The notes: a model not told the origin generated them from the letters alone. A stretch of 52,097 nt of DNA from Methanobacteriota archaeon (GCA_002722695.1 PBMS01000014.1:5486-57582), one strand, 5' to 3'. Counted from the stretch's first letter, positions 19,059 through 29,177 are shown. Program-made: numbers and translations.

Positions 19059-19176
19059 AATAAATTGGAATTGGCTGGATGGCAAATTTACAACGGTCCT
19101 TATCGAATCTCAATGCAACGGGTCCTCATCGAAACACGCACGAACACAAGGGTAGCCTTTTGAAGTGGCTCGGATT

Positions 19177-19389
19177 TTATCCCTGCCTTTCCATTGTGAC
19201 CAGAAGGTGTGATGTATGCCCCCATCCACTGGTGATTGGTATGACTGATATCAATCTCCAACCTTCGGAACTGTGTTTTTTGATTCTATCATGCAATTCT
19301 ATTTCGCCCTCATCCATTTTTGGTTCCCATATTTTTTTTTTGAGTTGAAATTTGACATTGAAGGTTTTGTATTCGTATGAATTAGTCAT
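19177..19389 (-). CDS. Small DUF4177-like protein
   Basis: MTNSYEYKTF...IKKHSSEGWRLISV...LLVTMER fits the (W/Y)EYK...N..G.EGWEL...FKR pattern. Confidence 0.65.
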   Translation of the reverse strand: MTNSYEYKTFNVKFQLKKKIWEPKMDEGEIELHDRIKKHSSEGWRLISVIPITSGWGHTSHLLVTMERQG

Positions 19390-19654
19390 GTATGTTGCAT
19401 TTGTCGGCGATTTATTTACCCATCTATGGTATGAATAATCAAATCGGACTATTCTCAAGGGTTCATCCTAATACCATTCGAACACAATTGTTGTTCGGAA
19501 CGGTTTTGCGTGGGCCGTTCGCATCGCTACACAAGGATTTACTTTTCCCGAATGTACGATTCTATATAAAACGAAGAACTCATCATAGGGGCAAGAGGTG
19601 CAGGAAGTGATACGCACAGATATCGTCAAATACAACACTGACTCAGAAAAATCC

Positions 19655-19825
19655 ATGCAGAAGTGGGAGTACAAGATATTGAAGTTCTCGATAAGCCAGG
19701 AATTACCACCTGAGAATTACTTGAATCAACTAGGAGAACAAGGATGGAAAATTTCTGCATCTGGAGGTATGGCCAGAAATCCTGGGGGTCACGGCTGGAT
19801 CATATTGATGAGAGAGAAAATTTAA
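19655..19825 (+). CDS. Small DUF4177-like protein
   Basis: MQKWEYKILK...LNQLGEQGWKI...IILMRE. Confidence 0.7.
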   Translation: MQKWEYKILKFSISQELPPENYLNQLGEQGWKISASGGMARNPGGHGWIILMREKI

Positions 19826-19897
19826 TGATCGCAAGGCGAGATTAACACCATGCCCGACTCATTTCTCCAATTCGTGTAGCGTGATACGGAGTGAGAT

Positions 19898-20116
19898 CTG
19901 TTTCGCAAAATTCGTGAACATAGTATAGGAACGACCCCAGAACCGGTTCGAAAAATCGTTGGTTGGATTCTGCTAATTTTCGGTGCTGTGGCACTGTTGA
20001 GCTTGTACCCCGGGTTTTTGTTCTTCGGGCTCACTGACCTAATGTTTATGATTACACTCTCTGTTGGTATATCTTCAATTGCTTTGGGGAGAATGTTTCT
20101 GAGACATTATGGCTGA
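19898..20116 (+). pseudogene. Two-TM small membrane ORF lacking a canonical start (pseudogene fragment or non-ATG start)
   Basis: Open frame LFRKIREHSIGTTPEPVRKIVGWILLIFGAVALLSLYPGFLFFGLTDLMFMITLSVGISSIALGRMFLRHYG*, preceded in frame by TGA at 19892; not in the ORF track. Confidence 0.4.
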
Positions 20117-20287
20117 TGAAGTTAGTTTGAACACAAGGGGCCCCTTGCGACCCCCGTCCTTTCAATGGGTACCCTCTGCTTGGACCGGCAAATGACTGGT
20201 CGGCGTGGTCGTTACCATTCCGAAAATATATTGCTTTATTTGCTGACATGATATACATTAAGTGCTAATTATTAGTAGTCCTAAATA

Positions 20288-21439
20288 ATGGCTAAATTTG
20301 GTCTTACTGAAGAGCAAGAGATGCTAATTGAACTTGCTAAACAATTTGCTGATGAGGAGCTGATTCCAAATGCAGAGGAATGGGACCGAAATGGCATTTT
20401 TCCTGAAGATTCGATAAATAATGCCCGGGATTTAGGATTACTCAATTGCACTATACCCCAAGAATACGGAGGCATGGGTTTGAGCTTTTTAGATGAGGTA
20501 ATCATCAATGAGGAATTAGGCAGAGGAGACCCGGGATTTGCAACAATTACGGGCGTTACCATGCTTGCTTGTCATCCACTGATATATGGGGGTACAGAAG
20601 AGCAAAAAAAGGAATATTTAGGCAGAGTTTGTGATGGGAAAATATCCGCTTACTGTGTTACTGAACCAGGTGCTGGGTCAGATGTTAAGGCGATAACTAC
20701 AACTGCAGTGCTTGATGGAGATTCTTATATCCTCAATGGCTCAAAAATGTGGATTGGTGGTGCAGGTCATGCAAACTGGTTCTATGTGCTTGCTAGAACT
20801 GGTAATGACCAATCGCACAAATCCCTTAGTGGATTTATTGTTGAGGCGGATTCAGCCGGATTAGAAGTCGGAAAAAAAGAGGAAAAAATGGGTCAGAGGT
20901 CGTCAGATACACGTTCTGTTACATTTGAAAATGTTATGGTCCCAAAAGAAAATCTCATCGGTGGAGTTGAAGGCAATGGGTGGCTTCAAGCAATGGTTTC
21001 ATTCGATAGATCACGTCCAATGCTTGCCGCTCATGCGCTAGGTAATGCTAGAGGTGCTATGGAAGAAGCTTGGAATTATGCTAACGAGCGTAGAACCTTT
21101 GGCAAACCCATTTTTGAGCACCAATCAATCTCATTCATGCTCGCAGATATGAGTACTAAGATTGAGGCTGCCCGTCTATTGGCGCATAAGGCTGCTAGCC
21201 TGTTAGATAATGGAGAAAGAGCGACTCTAGAGTCAGCACATGCCAAGAGATATGCCGCAGACATTGGTATGGAAATAACAACCGATTCAGTTCAAATCTT
21301 TGGTGGTTATGGATATTCTGAAGAGTTCCCTGCTGCTAGAAGAATGCGTGGAGCAAAGATCTACCAAATCTTTGGTGGCACTAGTCAGATTCAAAGATTA
21401 ATTATTGGCCGAGAAATGAATAAAAATTTCAAACAGTAA
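20288..21439 (+). CDS. Acyl-CoA dehydrogenase
   Basis: FGLTEEQ, IPQEYGG.G, YCVTEPGAGSD, LNGSKMWI, KMGQRSSDT, FGKPI..HQ, VQIFGGYGYS, QIFGGTSQIQR; AT-rich codons. Confidence 0.95.
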   Translation: MAKFGLTEEQEMLIELAKQFADEELIPNAEEWDRNGIFPEDSINNARDLGLLNCTIPQEYGGMGLSFLDEVIINEELGRGDPGFATITGVTMLACHPLIYGGTEEQKKEYLGRVCDGKISAYCVTEPGAGSDVKAITTTAVLDGDSYILNGSKMWIGGAGHANWFYVLARTGNDQSHKSLSGFIVEADSAGLEVGKKEEKMGQRSSDTRSVTFENVMVPKENLIGGVEGNGWLQAMVSFDRSRPMLAAHALGNARGAMEEAWNYANERRTFGKPIFEHQSISFMLADMSTKIEAARLLAHKAASLLDNGERATLESAHAKRYAADIGMEITTDSVQIFGGYGYSEEFPAARRMRGAKIYQIFGGTSQIQRLIIGREMNKNFKQ

Positions 21440-21477
21440 ATCCCCTTTGCATTTTATTTTCCTATACGAAGGGGATT
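21439..21477 (+). terminator. Inverted repeat after acyl-CoA dehydrogenase (candidate terminator)
   Basis: AATCCCCTT (21439-47) / AAGGGGATT (21469-77) perfect 9-bp stem with T-rich loop. Confidence 0.5.
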
Positions 21478-21523
21478 CGGTGGGCCGATATAGACGCTGC
21501 CCATGGAGATGCCGTTCTATGAC

Positions 21524-22171
21524 TCATTTACCGTCGTTTGACCAGGATTGTCGCATGACCATACCTGCGGCTTCACCGGCGTCCATCGGATCGTAATCGT
21601 GCTCGAAGATGAAGTGCTTCACGAGGTTGTGCTGGGCCACGCTTTCGCCGCACACGGGACAGTCGTACCGGTCGGGTTCTCGTTGGCCTCGGAACGCCGC
21701 TCGCCCCCTTGGCGTCGCCAGACCCGACACAGTTCGAAGCAGTGTGGACATAAACACCAGCGCAAACAACACCATGCAGCACCCCAGTCCGCCGAAAAAG
21801 CCCGATCCTGAACCGTCTTGGGCAAGACGAATGTTCTGCGTCATCTTGCCTTCGCTGGTGTTGCGAAAGGTGTCAAGGTCGATGACGTGAGTAAAGTTCT
21901 CGCCGCGCAACTGGAGGTAGATTTCCGTGCCGTCCTCGTCGTCGTCCACCTCGATGGCGATGAGGAACACGCCCTGTGCGTCGGTGATGGCGCTGGCGCC
22001 GCGGTATTGGTAGCACTCCACGTTGCCGGGGCGGCACTCGACGAAGACGTCGCGCAGCATGACCGGTGTGTTGTCGCTGTAGGTGGCTTGTCCCGAAATG
22101 CGGTACGTCTCAGCGCTGGCCACGGGCAATGCGAGCACGGCCAACACCAGCACCACCAACGCCCTGCGCAT
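21524..22171 (-). CDS. Hypothetical single-pass membrane protein with C-terminal C2H2-like Zn finger
   Basis: Signal peptide MRRALVVLVLAVLALPVASA; beta-rich ectodomain; TM GLGCCMVLFALVFMSTLL; CPVC-x11-H-x4-H. Confidence 0.8.
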   Translation of the reverse strand: MRRALVVLVLAVLALPVASAETYRISGQATYSDNTPVMLRDVFVECRPGNVECYQYRGASAITDAQGVFLIAIEVDDDEDGTEIYLQLRGENFTHVIDLDTFRNTSEGKMTQNIRLAQDGSGSGFFGGLGCCMVLFALVFMSTLLRTVSGLATPRGRAAFRGQREPDRYDCPVCGESVAQHNLVKHFIFEHDYDPMDAGEAAGMVMRQSWSNDGK

Positions 22172-22249
22172 GCCTGAAGGTGCCGGTTGGAACTTATCAA
22201 GGGTTGATTTCGCCCAATCGTTCTTTGACCGCACTGAAAACCCGTGTGC

Positions 22250-22717
22250 ATGGGCACCTTAGTAACCGGAACCGCCGCCACCTACGTGGAGGAACTTCAC
22301 ATCAACACCGAGAAACGCTATGAAATCGCTTGCATCACCCGAGACGTTGAACGGGTCGTCGCCGAAAGCGGCATCCAAGACGGCCTGGTTTTGGTGAACC
22401 CGATGCACATCACAGCCTCGTGCTACGTCAACGACCTCGAGCACGGGTTGCATCAGGACATCATGACCTGGCTTGAGAAGCTGGCGCCGTTTTTCGGCAG
22501 CGACGGTCGTCAGGGGGAGGAATACCACCACCACCGCACGGGGGAGGACAACGGGGACGCTCATCTCAAGCGGCAGTTGTTGGGCCAGCAGGTGACGATG
22601 CCGGTCCGCGACGGACGTTTGCATCTGGGGACGTGGGAGCAGATTCATTACGCTGAGTTTGACGGTCAGCGCAACAAGCGCATTCTGGTAAAAGTTGTCG
22701 GGGTGATGGTCCAGTGA
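22250..22717 (+). CDS. yjbQ: YjbQ/UPF0047 family (secondary thiamine-phosphate synthase) protein
   Basis: SGIQDGLVLV..MHITAS, YHH..TGEDNGDAHLKR.LLG, LHLGTWEQI.YAEFDG.R. Confidence 0.9.
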   Translation: MGTLVTGTAATYVEELHINTEKRYEIACITRDVERVVAESGIQDGLVLVNPMHITASCYVNDLEHGLHQDIMTWLEKLAPFFGSDGRQGEEYHHHRTGEDNGDAHLKRQLLGQQVTMPVRDGRLHLGTWEQIHYAEFDGQRNKRILVKVVGVMVQ

Positions 22718-23130
22718 CGCTTTCCTCGCCACCGGAACCGATCGGCTACGTGGCCGATCTCGGGGTGGAACGCACGCTGTGGACGCCGGGAGCTTCTCGA
22801 CTGGAGCTCACGCTGACCGAGGACCACCTCAACAAGGGCGGTGCGGCTCACGGTGGGATTCACATGATTCTGCTCGATTCGGCCCTGGGCGGTGCGCTCG
22901 TAGCGTCGCTCAAGGTGGAAGAGTGGTGCGCCACCACCCAACTCTCCACGAGTTTCCTGGCCGCAGCTTATCCGGGAGAGCGTCTGGTGGCGGAGGGGCG
23001 CGTGGTCCGTCGAGGTAAGCACGTGGCCCATCTTGCTGGCGAAGTCAAAGTGGGCGATCGGCTCGTCGCCACCGCCACGGGGACGTGGGCGATATGGTCC
23101 AGTCGTCCGCCCTCGCTCTCAAAGGATTGA
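22714..23130 (+). CDS. PaaI/hotdog-fold acyl-CoA thioesterase
   Basis: HLN.GG.AHGG...LLDSALG, T..LS.SFL, AEGRVVRRGK, VATATGT. Confidence 0.88.
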   Translation: MTLSSPPEPIGYVADLGVERTLWTPGASRLELTLTEDHLNKGGAAHGGIHMILLDSALGGALVASLKVEEWCATTQLSTSFLAAAYPGERLVAEGRVVRRGKHVAHLAGEVKVGDRLVATATGTWAIWSSRPPSLSKD

Positions 23131-23134
23131 CATC

Positions 23135-23749
23135 TCACCGTTCCAACGCTTTTCGTACGCCAGCGCAGATGGCTTTGATGAACGCCACCTCTGCGATTTC
23201 GTAGCCGAGCTTGGCCAGCGAAGTCGTCGTGTCTGCGGCAAGGCCGCAGCCAGCTACCCCTTCCAAACGACCCGGTGGGGTGTTGAGGTTCACCGAGAAT
23301 CCGTGTCGGCTGACCCAACGAAGGAACGAGAGACCGATGCTGCACACCTTGTAACCGTCCACCCAGACGCCCTGCATGCGTTCATCTCGAACACCTTTGA
23401 CGCCAAATTCGGCGAGGGCATCGATGAGCCACCCTTCGATGATGTGAATGATGTCCGCGACCGAAGCCTCACCTTTCCGTTCGCCCCACTTGACGATGGG
23501 ATAGCCCACCACCTGCCCGGGTCCGTGCCAGGTCAACCCTCCACCTCGATCAACCGCAACCGTTGTGTAGCCCGGGGGCGGCAACACCCCGTCGTTGCGG
23601 GCGCGTGGTCCGACCGTGACCACTTCGGGGTGGGAGAGAATCAGGAGGGTGTCGGGGATCGTCCCCTCGATTCGCTGTTGTTGAAGGTCGCTCATCAGCC
23701 TCTGTGCGTCCTCGTAAGCAACAACGCCGAGCTCTCGAACGTCCAGCAT
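23135..23749 (-). CDS. lipB: Lipoyl(octanoyl) transferase
   Basis: HPEVVTVG, DRGGGLTWHGPGQVVGYP, GVWV..KVCSIG, HGFSVN, GCGL. Confidence 0.92.
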   Translation of the reverse strand: MLDVRELGVVAYEDAQRLMSDLQQQRIEGTIPDTLLILSHPEVVTVGPRARNDGVLPPPGYTTVAVDRGGGLTWHGPGQVVGYPIVKWGERKGEASVADIIHIIEGWLIDALAEFGVKGVRDERMQGVWVDGYKVCSIGLSFLRWVSRHGFSVNLNTPPGRLEGVAGCGLAADTTTSLAKLGYEIAEVAFIKAICAGVRKALER

Positions 23750-23761
23750 GGATACACGCCC

Positions 23762-24229
23762 TCAGAACTTGCCGGAGGAACCAAAACCGCCGTCGCCTCG
23801 CTCGGTTCGGTCCAGCCCTTCCATGGTGGTCTCAACCAAATGGACCAGCGGTACAGGTGCGAAGAGCAACTGTGCAACTCGCTCCCCTGCGTTGACCGTG
23901 AACGTGTCCCCCTCGCCGATCCACGTGGCGAGCACCTTGAGTTCACCTCGGTAGTCCGAATCGATGGTTCCAAGACCGTTGGGCATGATCATCCCTTTTT
24001 TGCCAAGGGATGAACGGCAGCGAATCTGCCCCTCCCATCCTTCGGGGATGGCGGTTGCCCAGCCGGTGGAGATGAGAACCGTGGACCCCTTGGGCACGAC
24101 CGTCTCCTCAACGGCGTACAGGTCCCAACCCGCCGCTTGAGCTGACCCTTGGGTCGGTAGCACGGCGCGCTGATCAAGACGGGCGAACGGAATTCGGAGC
24201 GAAATCCGGTCCATGTCCGTACTCACCAT
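23762..24229 (-). CDS. dut: dUTP diphosphatase (trimeric)
   Basis: AAGWDL, GQIRCRSSL, GTIDSDYRGE, ERVAQL, TERGDGGFGSSG. Confidence 0.95.
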   Translation of the reverse strand: MVSTDMDRISLRIPFARLDQRAVLPTQGSAQAAGWDLYAVEETVVPKGSTVLISTGWATAIPEGWEGQIRCRSSLGKKGMIMPNGLGTIDSDYRGELKVLATWIGEGDTFTVNAGERVAQLLFAPVPLVHLVETTMEGLDRTERGDGGFGSSGKF

Positions 24230-24503
24230 ACATTCCTTTTTGACTGTTGGGATAATGTAAGATTTTACCCACAATCGGTTCCAGTGGAAAACAAGGTGAT
24301 TTTGGCATGAAAAACAAACTTTTAGAAAAAAATTTATCGATGATTTTCGAGACTTCAAAACGAAGCACTGCTCCAATATGCGCGGTGTTCAGCCGGACCG
24401 GAAAAACCCTTCAGTTTAATCCTGCCGAGAGGGCATATATTATAGGCGTCCGAGAAGGGCAAACAAAATCCAGCGCGACTGCGAATCACGGGGGGTACTA
24501 AGC

Positions 24504-25538
24504 ATGGTCATAGAACACAGCAAGGACGACGGCTTGAACATCGATTTGTCAAAGGAGCACATCGAGCCGATGTTGCAGGAAAACTTGGACCGATTCGTCC
24601 TCTTCCCGATCGAACACGACGACATCTGGACGTCCTACAAGCAGGCACAGGCATCGTTTTGGACCGCTGAAGAAATCGACCTCGCAGAGGACATGAAAGA
24701 CTGGAAAAACCTGAACGATGACGAACAGCATTTCATCAAACACATCCTTGCGTTCTTTGCTGCCAGTGATGGCATCGTCAACGAGAATTTGGTTGACAAC
24801 TTCAACGCAGAGGTGTGCTGGCCCGAGGCCAGGTGTTTCTATGGATTCCAGATCATGATGGAAAACATCCACGCTGAGACGTATTCATTGCTCATCGACA
24901 CCTACATTGAAGACGAACGAGAAAAGGACCACTTGTTCAAAGCACTTGAAACCGTTCCATCGGTCAAAAAGAAAGGCGATTGGGCCATGCGCTGGCTTTC
25001 GAGGAAGCGCGGGTCGTTCGCCGAGCGCCTCGTCGCCTTTGCAGCGGTTGAGGGTATTTTCTTCTCAGGTTCGTTTTGCGCCATCTTTTGGCTCAAGAAG
25101 CGTGGTCTCATGCCAGGATTGACCTTCTCAAACGAACTCATTTCGCGAGACGAAGGGCTTCATTGCGACTTTGCTTGCTTGCTTCACAGCAAGCTGATTC
25201 GAGGCGCAGGAGAGAACGTCATTCGTCGCATCATCGCCGAAGCCGTGGAAATTGAAATTGAATTCGTGACCAAGGCGCTCCCTGTCAACCTGATTGGAAT
25301 GAACGCTGACCTCATGCAACAATACATTCAATTCGTTGCCGACCGTCTGCTGGTGCAGTTGAACTGTTCCAAGATTTACAACGTCGGAAACCCGTTCCCT
25401 TGGATGGAAATGATCTCCATGCAGGGCAAGACCAACTTCTTCGAGAAGCGCGTCGCTGAGTACCAAAAGGCCGGTGTTATGGACAGCGCATCGCTCGGAA
25501 GCGTCCAACAGCGATTTTCTGTGGACGAAGACTTTTGA
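24504..25538 (+). CDS. nrdB: Class Ia ribonucleotide reductase beta subunit
   Basis: [31 protein letters not shown] (radical Tyr), [29 protein letters not shown]. Confidence 0.97.
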   Translation: MVIEHSKDDGLNIDLSKEHIEPMLQENLDRFVLFPIEHDDIWTSYKQAQASFWTAEEIDLAEDMKDWKNLNDDEQHFIKHILAFFAASDGIVNENLVDNFNAEVCWPEARCFYGFQIMMENIHAETYSLLIDTYIEDEREKDHLFKALETVPSVKKKGDWAMRWLSRKRGSFAERLVAFAAVEGIFFSGSFCAIFWLKKRGLMPGLTFSNELISRDEGLHCDFACLLHSKLIRGAGENVIRRIIAEAVEIEIEFVTKALPVNLIGMNADLMQQYIQFVADRLLVQLNCSKIYNVGNPFPWMEMISMQGKTNFFEKRVAEYQKAGVMDSASLGSVQQRFSVDEDF

Positions 25539-25596
25539 ACCGTACGCGAACAAAGAAGGTCATCACGCTCTCACATGAACACCGGAGGATTAAGTC

Positions 25597-27990
25597 ATGG
25601 CCATGCAAGTTGTCAACAGAAAAGGCGAGCGAGAAGATGTACGATTTGATGCCATCCACGAAAAACTCGTCAAGCTTTCTGAAGGCCTCAACCCAACGTG
25701 GATCGATCCGGGTCACGTCACGAAGTTGACCATCGAGGGGCTTTACGACGGAGTGACCACTCGCGAGCTGGACCAGCTTGCCGCCGAAACCGCAGCGTCT
25801 CTCGCATCCCACCACCCCGATTACAGTCGCTTGGCTGCTCGCATTTGCGTTGACGATCTTCATCGCTCGACCAAGGATGTTTTTACCGACGTCATCACCG
25901 ACCTTCGTGAGTACATCGATCCAGAATCCAACAAGCACGCTCCCTTGATCTCCGAGGAAGTCTACGACATCATCATGGCCAACGCCGATGTTCTCAACAA
26001 CCACATTGACTACAGCCGGGATCACACCTACGACTATTTTGGATTCAAAACCCTCGAACGTTCCTACCTCCTCAAGCTCGACGGCAAAGTCGCTGAGCGC
26101 CCGCAGCACATGTTGATGCGCGTGGCCGTCGGAATCCACTACGCCAACATCGAGAAGGCGCTCAAGACCTACGACTTGATGAGCCAAGGCTACTTCACCC
26201 ACGCCACTCCAACGCTGTTCAATTCTGGGACACCCATGCCTCAGATGTCCTCGTGTTTCCTTTTGACGATGCAGGACGATTCTCTGGACGGCATCTACGA
26301 CACGCTGAAGCAATGCGCCCTCATTTCCAAGTCAGCAGGTGGCATCGGCCTCTCCATTCACCACGTCCGATCAAAGGGCTCGTACATCAAGGGCACCAAC
26401 GGGACCTCCAACGGAATCGTCCCCATGCTTCGCGTCTTCAACGACACCGCCCGATACGTCGATCAGGGCGGCGGCAAGCGAAAGGGATCCATCGCCGTCT
26501 ACCTCGAACCGTGGCATCCCGACATTCTGCAGTTCCTCGACCTGAAGAAGAATCACGGGAAAGAAGAGATGCGAGCACGCGACCTCTTCTACGCCATGTG
26601 GACGCCTGACCTGTTCATGCAACGCGTTGAGGACAACGCCGATTGGTCGTTTTTCTGTCCGAACGAATGCCCAGGCCTCCAGGACGTTTATGGGGCGGAA
26701 TTCAAGGCCATGTTCGAAGATTACGAACGCCGTGGCATGGCTCGGGAAACCATGCCCGCCCGCGTGGTTTGGGACAAAATTGTGGAAGCCCAAATCGAAA
26801 CCGGAACCCCTTACATGCTCTACAAGGATGCTGCGAACGAGAAATCCAACCAGAAGAATCTGGGCACCATCCGGTCTTCGAACCTCTGCACCGAAATCAT
26901 GGAGTACACCGCCAAGGACGAGGTCGCAGTTTGCAACCTCGCTTCCATCGCTCTTCCCAAATTTGTGAACACGAGCGAAGGCGTGTTTGACCACCAGCTT
27001 CTCTACGACGTAACCTATCACGCAACGGGCAACCTCAACCGGGTCATCGACGTGAATTACTACCCCGTCGAGGAGGCTCGCAATTCCAACATGCGCCACC
27101 GCCCCATCGGCCTGGGTGTTCAGGGTCTTGCCGACGTCTTCGCCATGCTCAAGTTGCCGTTTGAAGGTCCAGCAGCTCGAACGCTCAACAAGGAAATCTT
27201 CGAAACCATCTACTTCGCAGCGTGCACCGCATCCAAGGACGCCGCAGCGGCCGAAGGACCGTACTCCACGTTCAAGGGTTCTCCCGCAAGCGAAGGTCTG
27301 CTTCAGTTCGACCTCTGGGGCATGGACGAGCACAGCGGCCGCTGGGATTGGGACGCACTCAAGGCAGAAATCGTCGACAAAGGGATGAGGAATTCTCTGC
27401 TCTTGGCGCCCATGCCCACCGCCTCCACTTCCCAGATTCTTGGAAACAACGAATGCTTTGAAGCGTTCACATCCAATCTCTACGTCCGACGAACGCTTTC
27501 CGGTGAATTCGTCGTGCTCAACAAGCACCTCGTCAGCGATCTCATCGCCGAGGACATGTGGAGTCTTGAAATGAAGAACGACATCCTGCGACACAAGGGG
27601 TCAATCCAAGGCATCCACAGCATCCCCGAACACATTCGAGATCTCTACAAAACCACGTGGGAAATCAAGCAACGGCACGTGCTCGACATGGCTGCCGACC
27701 GAGGCGCTTACATCGACCAGAGTCAATCGCTCAACATCCACATGGTGGACGCCAACCCCGCCAAGGTCACCTCGATGCACTTCTACGGATGGAAGCAGGG
27801 TCTGAAAACGGGCATGTACTACCTCCGTACCAAGGCTGCAGCTGACGCCATTCAGTTCACGGTCGAAGCATCCACGAAGGAAGACCAAACCGTTGGTGGA
27901 CTTGCCGAACGAGCCGACGACGCCGACAGCCTCGAAGCCATCGCCTGCAGTCTTGACAGTCCCGACGACTGCCTGATGTGCGGCAGTTGA
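25597..27990 (+). CDS. nrdA: Class Ia ribonucleotide reductase alpha subunit with ATP cone
   Basis: VVNRKG ATP cone, [61 protein letters not shown]-terminal CLMCGS. Confidence 0.98.
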   Translation: MAMQVVNRKGEREDVRFDAIHEKLVKLSEGLNPTWIDPGHVTKLTIEGLYDGVTTRELDQLAAETAASLASHHPDYSRLAARICVDDLHRSTKDVFTDVITDLREYIDPESNKHAPLISEEVYDIIMANADVLNNHIDYSRDHTYDYFGFKTLERSYLLKLDGKVAERPQHMLMRVAVGIHYANIEKALKTYDLMSQGYFTHATPTLFNSGTPMPQMSSCFLLTMQDDSLDGIYDTLKQCALISKSAGGIGLSIHHVRSKGSYIKGTNGTSNGIVPMLRVFNDTARYVDQGGGKRKGSIAVYLEPWHPDILQFLDLKKNHGKEEMRARDLFYAMWTPDLFMQRVEDNADWSFFCPNECPGLQDVYGAEFKAMFEDYERRGMARETMPARVVWDKIVEAQIETGTPYMLYKDAANEKSNQKNLGTIRSSNLCTEIMEYTAKDEVAVCNLASIALPKFVNTSEGVFDHQLLYDVTYHATGNLNRVIDVNYYPVEEARNSNMRHRPIGLGVQGLADVFAMLKLPFEGPAARTLNKEIFETIYFAACTASKDAAAAEGPYSTFKGSPASEGLLQFDLWGMDEHSGRWDWDALKAEIVDKGMRNSLLLAPMPTASTSQILGNNECFEAFTSNLYVRRTLSGEFVVLNKHLVSDLIAEDMWSLEMKNDILRHKGSIQGIHSIPEHIRDLYKTTWEIKQRHVLDMAADRGAYIDQSQSLNIHMVDANPAKVTSMHFYGWKQGLKTGMYYLRTKAAADAIQFTVEASTKEDQTVGGLAERADDADSLEAIACSLDSPDDCLMCGS

Positions 27991-27999
27991 AACCGAGGG

Positions 28000-28025
28000 A
28001 TTCCCGCACACGACGTGCGGGGGTT
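28000..28025 (+). terminator. Hairpin downstream of nrdA
   Basis: CCCGCAC-acgac-GTGCGGG perfect 7-bp stem. Confidence 0.45.
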
Positions 28026-28090
28026 GAATCGAAGATTCCGTTGCGACGAGCGGAGCAAACCTTAGATGCCCGACGAAAGCACAAACGGCC

Positions 28091-29152
28091 ATGGAAGCCT
28101 TGTCGAAAGTTGGCCTCGATTCAAAGCGAACCACGGCGGCAAGTGTCGCCATCGTTGGTGTTGTGGTTTATCTTGCTCTGGTTCACCTCAAGCCGATTCT
28201 GATGCCGCTGGCCATCGCCGTGTTGTTGTATTTCCTGATCAAACCCCCCGAGCGGTACATCTTCGGGAAGGTGAATCATCGTGGTGTGTCCTACGGCACG
28301 GTGATTTTGGCGTTCATCATCACGATGTACATCGTTTCGATTTTCCTTTACGAGCAGCTTTCCTTGTTCGTCGAAGAGGTCCCGGAGATCACGTCTAAAT
28401 TGGAAGAAAAACGGGCATCTGCGGCCGAATACGACCTCTACGGTTTTGAGACGATTTTTTCGGATTCCAGTTGGGTTGAGGTGTTGGCTTCGCCCAGCAA
28501 CATCGAGACGTTTGTCCTTGCCATTTTGGGCTCCCTGGGCGCCTTCGTGGGCACCATGGTGACCGTGCTCATCTTTCTTCTGTTCATCGTTCTCGAGGAG
28601 CACACCATCGCCAAGCGATTCAACGCTGCGTTTCCTCACTCCACCGGTCGAGCTCGCAACATCGTCAGAGACTCAACAGAATCCATCAGTGCTTACGTCG
28701 TCTCAAAGGTGACGTGCAGCGGGGGCCAGGCCCTGGTCATGACCGTCATCATCTCGCCGATTGGATTCAATATTCCAGGATGGTTCTTGTTCGGTGTCCT
28801 GTGTTTTCTCTTGGATTTCATTCCTATTCTCGGAGCGTTGTTTGCAACCATACCGCCCGTCCTCATTGGTTTCATCATGCTCGAGCCGCTCACGGCCGTT
28901 TTGATGCTGGCGCTGCTCATCGGTAATCAGCAGATGTTTGGCTCGTTGGTCGAGCCCAACCTCTCGGGTGCGAAAATTGGCATCTCACCTTTGGTGCTCT
29001 TGCTCACCGTCATGCTGTTTTCTCAGGTGTGGGGCATCGCCGGTGCAATCATCGGTGCACCCATGATCATCATCGCTCGCCTGGTTCTGGATGAAAACGA
29101 GCGAACACGCCCTGTTGCGGTCATGATGGCCAACGACGTGGAAGAGGAGTGA
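28091..29152 (+). CDS. AI-2E (UPF0118) family transporter
   Basis: PILMPLAIA.LL..L..P, YVVSK, FLLDFIP.LGA, GSLVEP.L.G...GISPL..LL....VWGIAG.IIG.P. Confidence 0.9.
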   Translation: MEALSKVGLDSKRTTAASVAIVGVVVYLALVHLKPILMPLAIAVLLYFLIKPPERYIFGKVNHRGVSYGTVILAFIITMYIVSIFLYEQLSLFVEEVPEITSKLEEKRASAAEYDLYGFETIFSDSSWVEVLASPSNIETFVLAILGSLGAFVGTMVTVLIFLLFIVLEEHTIAKRFNAAFPHSTGRARNIVRDSTESISAYVVSKVTCSGGQALVMTVIISPIGFNIPGWFLFGVLCFLLDFIPILGALFATIPPVLIGFIMLEPLTAVLMLALLIGNQQMFGSLVEPNLSGAKIGISPLVLLLTVMLFSQVWGIAGAIIGAPMIIIARLVLDENERTRPVAVMMANDVEEE

Positions 29153-29177
29153 ACGCGTAAAGCGACGCTTGGTTGCT

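Larger units (their letters stand above)
16520..21480. other. Lower-GC accessory island (no mobility gene)
   Basis: Hand counts on sample lines give about 45-50% GC in the M28-ZIP gene and about 35-42% in 19.0-21.4 kb, versus about 60% in flanks; boundaries approximate. Confidence 0.75.

Noticed and set aside
24230-24503. NrdR box upstream of nrdB
   Set aside because: CATATATTATAG fits a TATA box and lacks the flanking ACAC/GTGT arms
23762-27990. dut + nrdAB as a prophage nucleotide-metabolism module
   Set aside because: No viral structural or replication genes; host-like codon usage; housekeeping flanks
25597-27990. Intein in NrdA (also considered for the helicase)
   Set aside because: Lengths are normal and no splice-junction or homing-endonuclease motifs were seen
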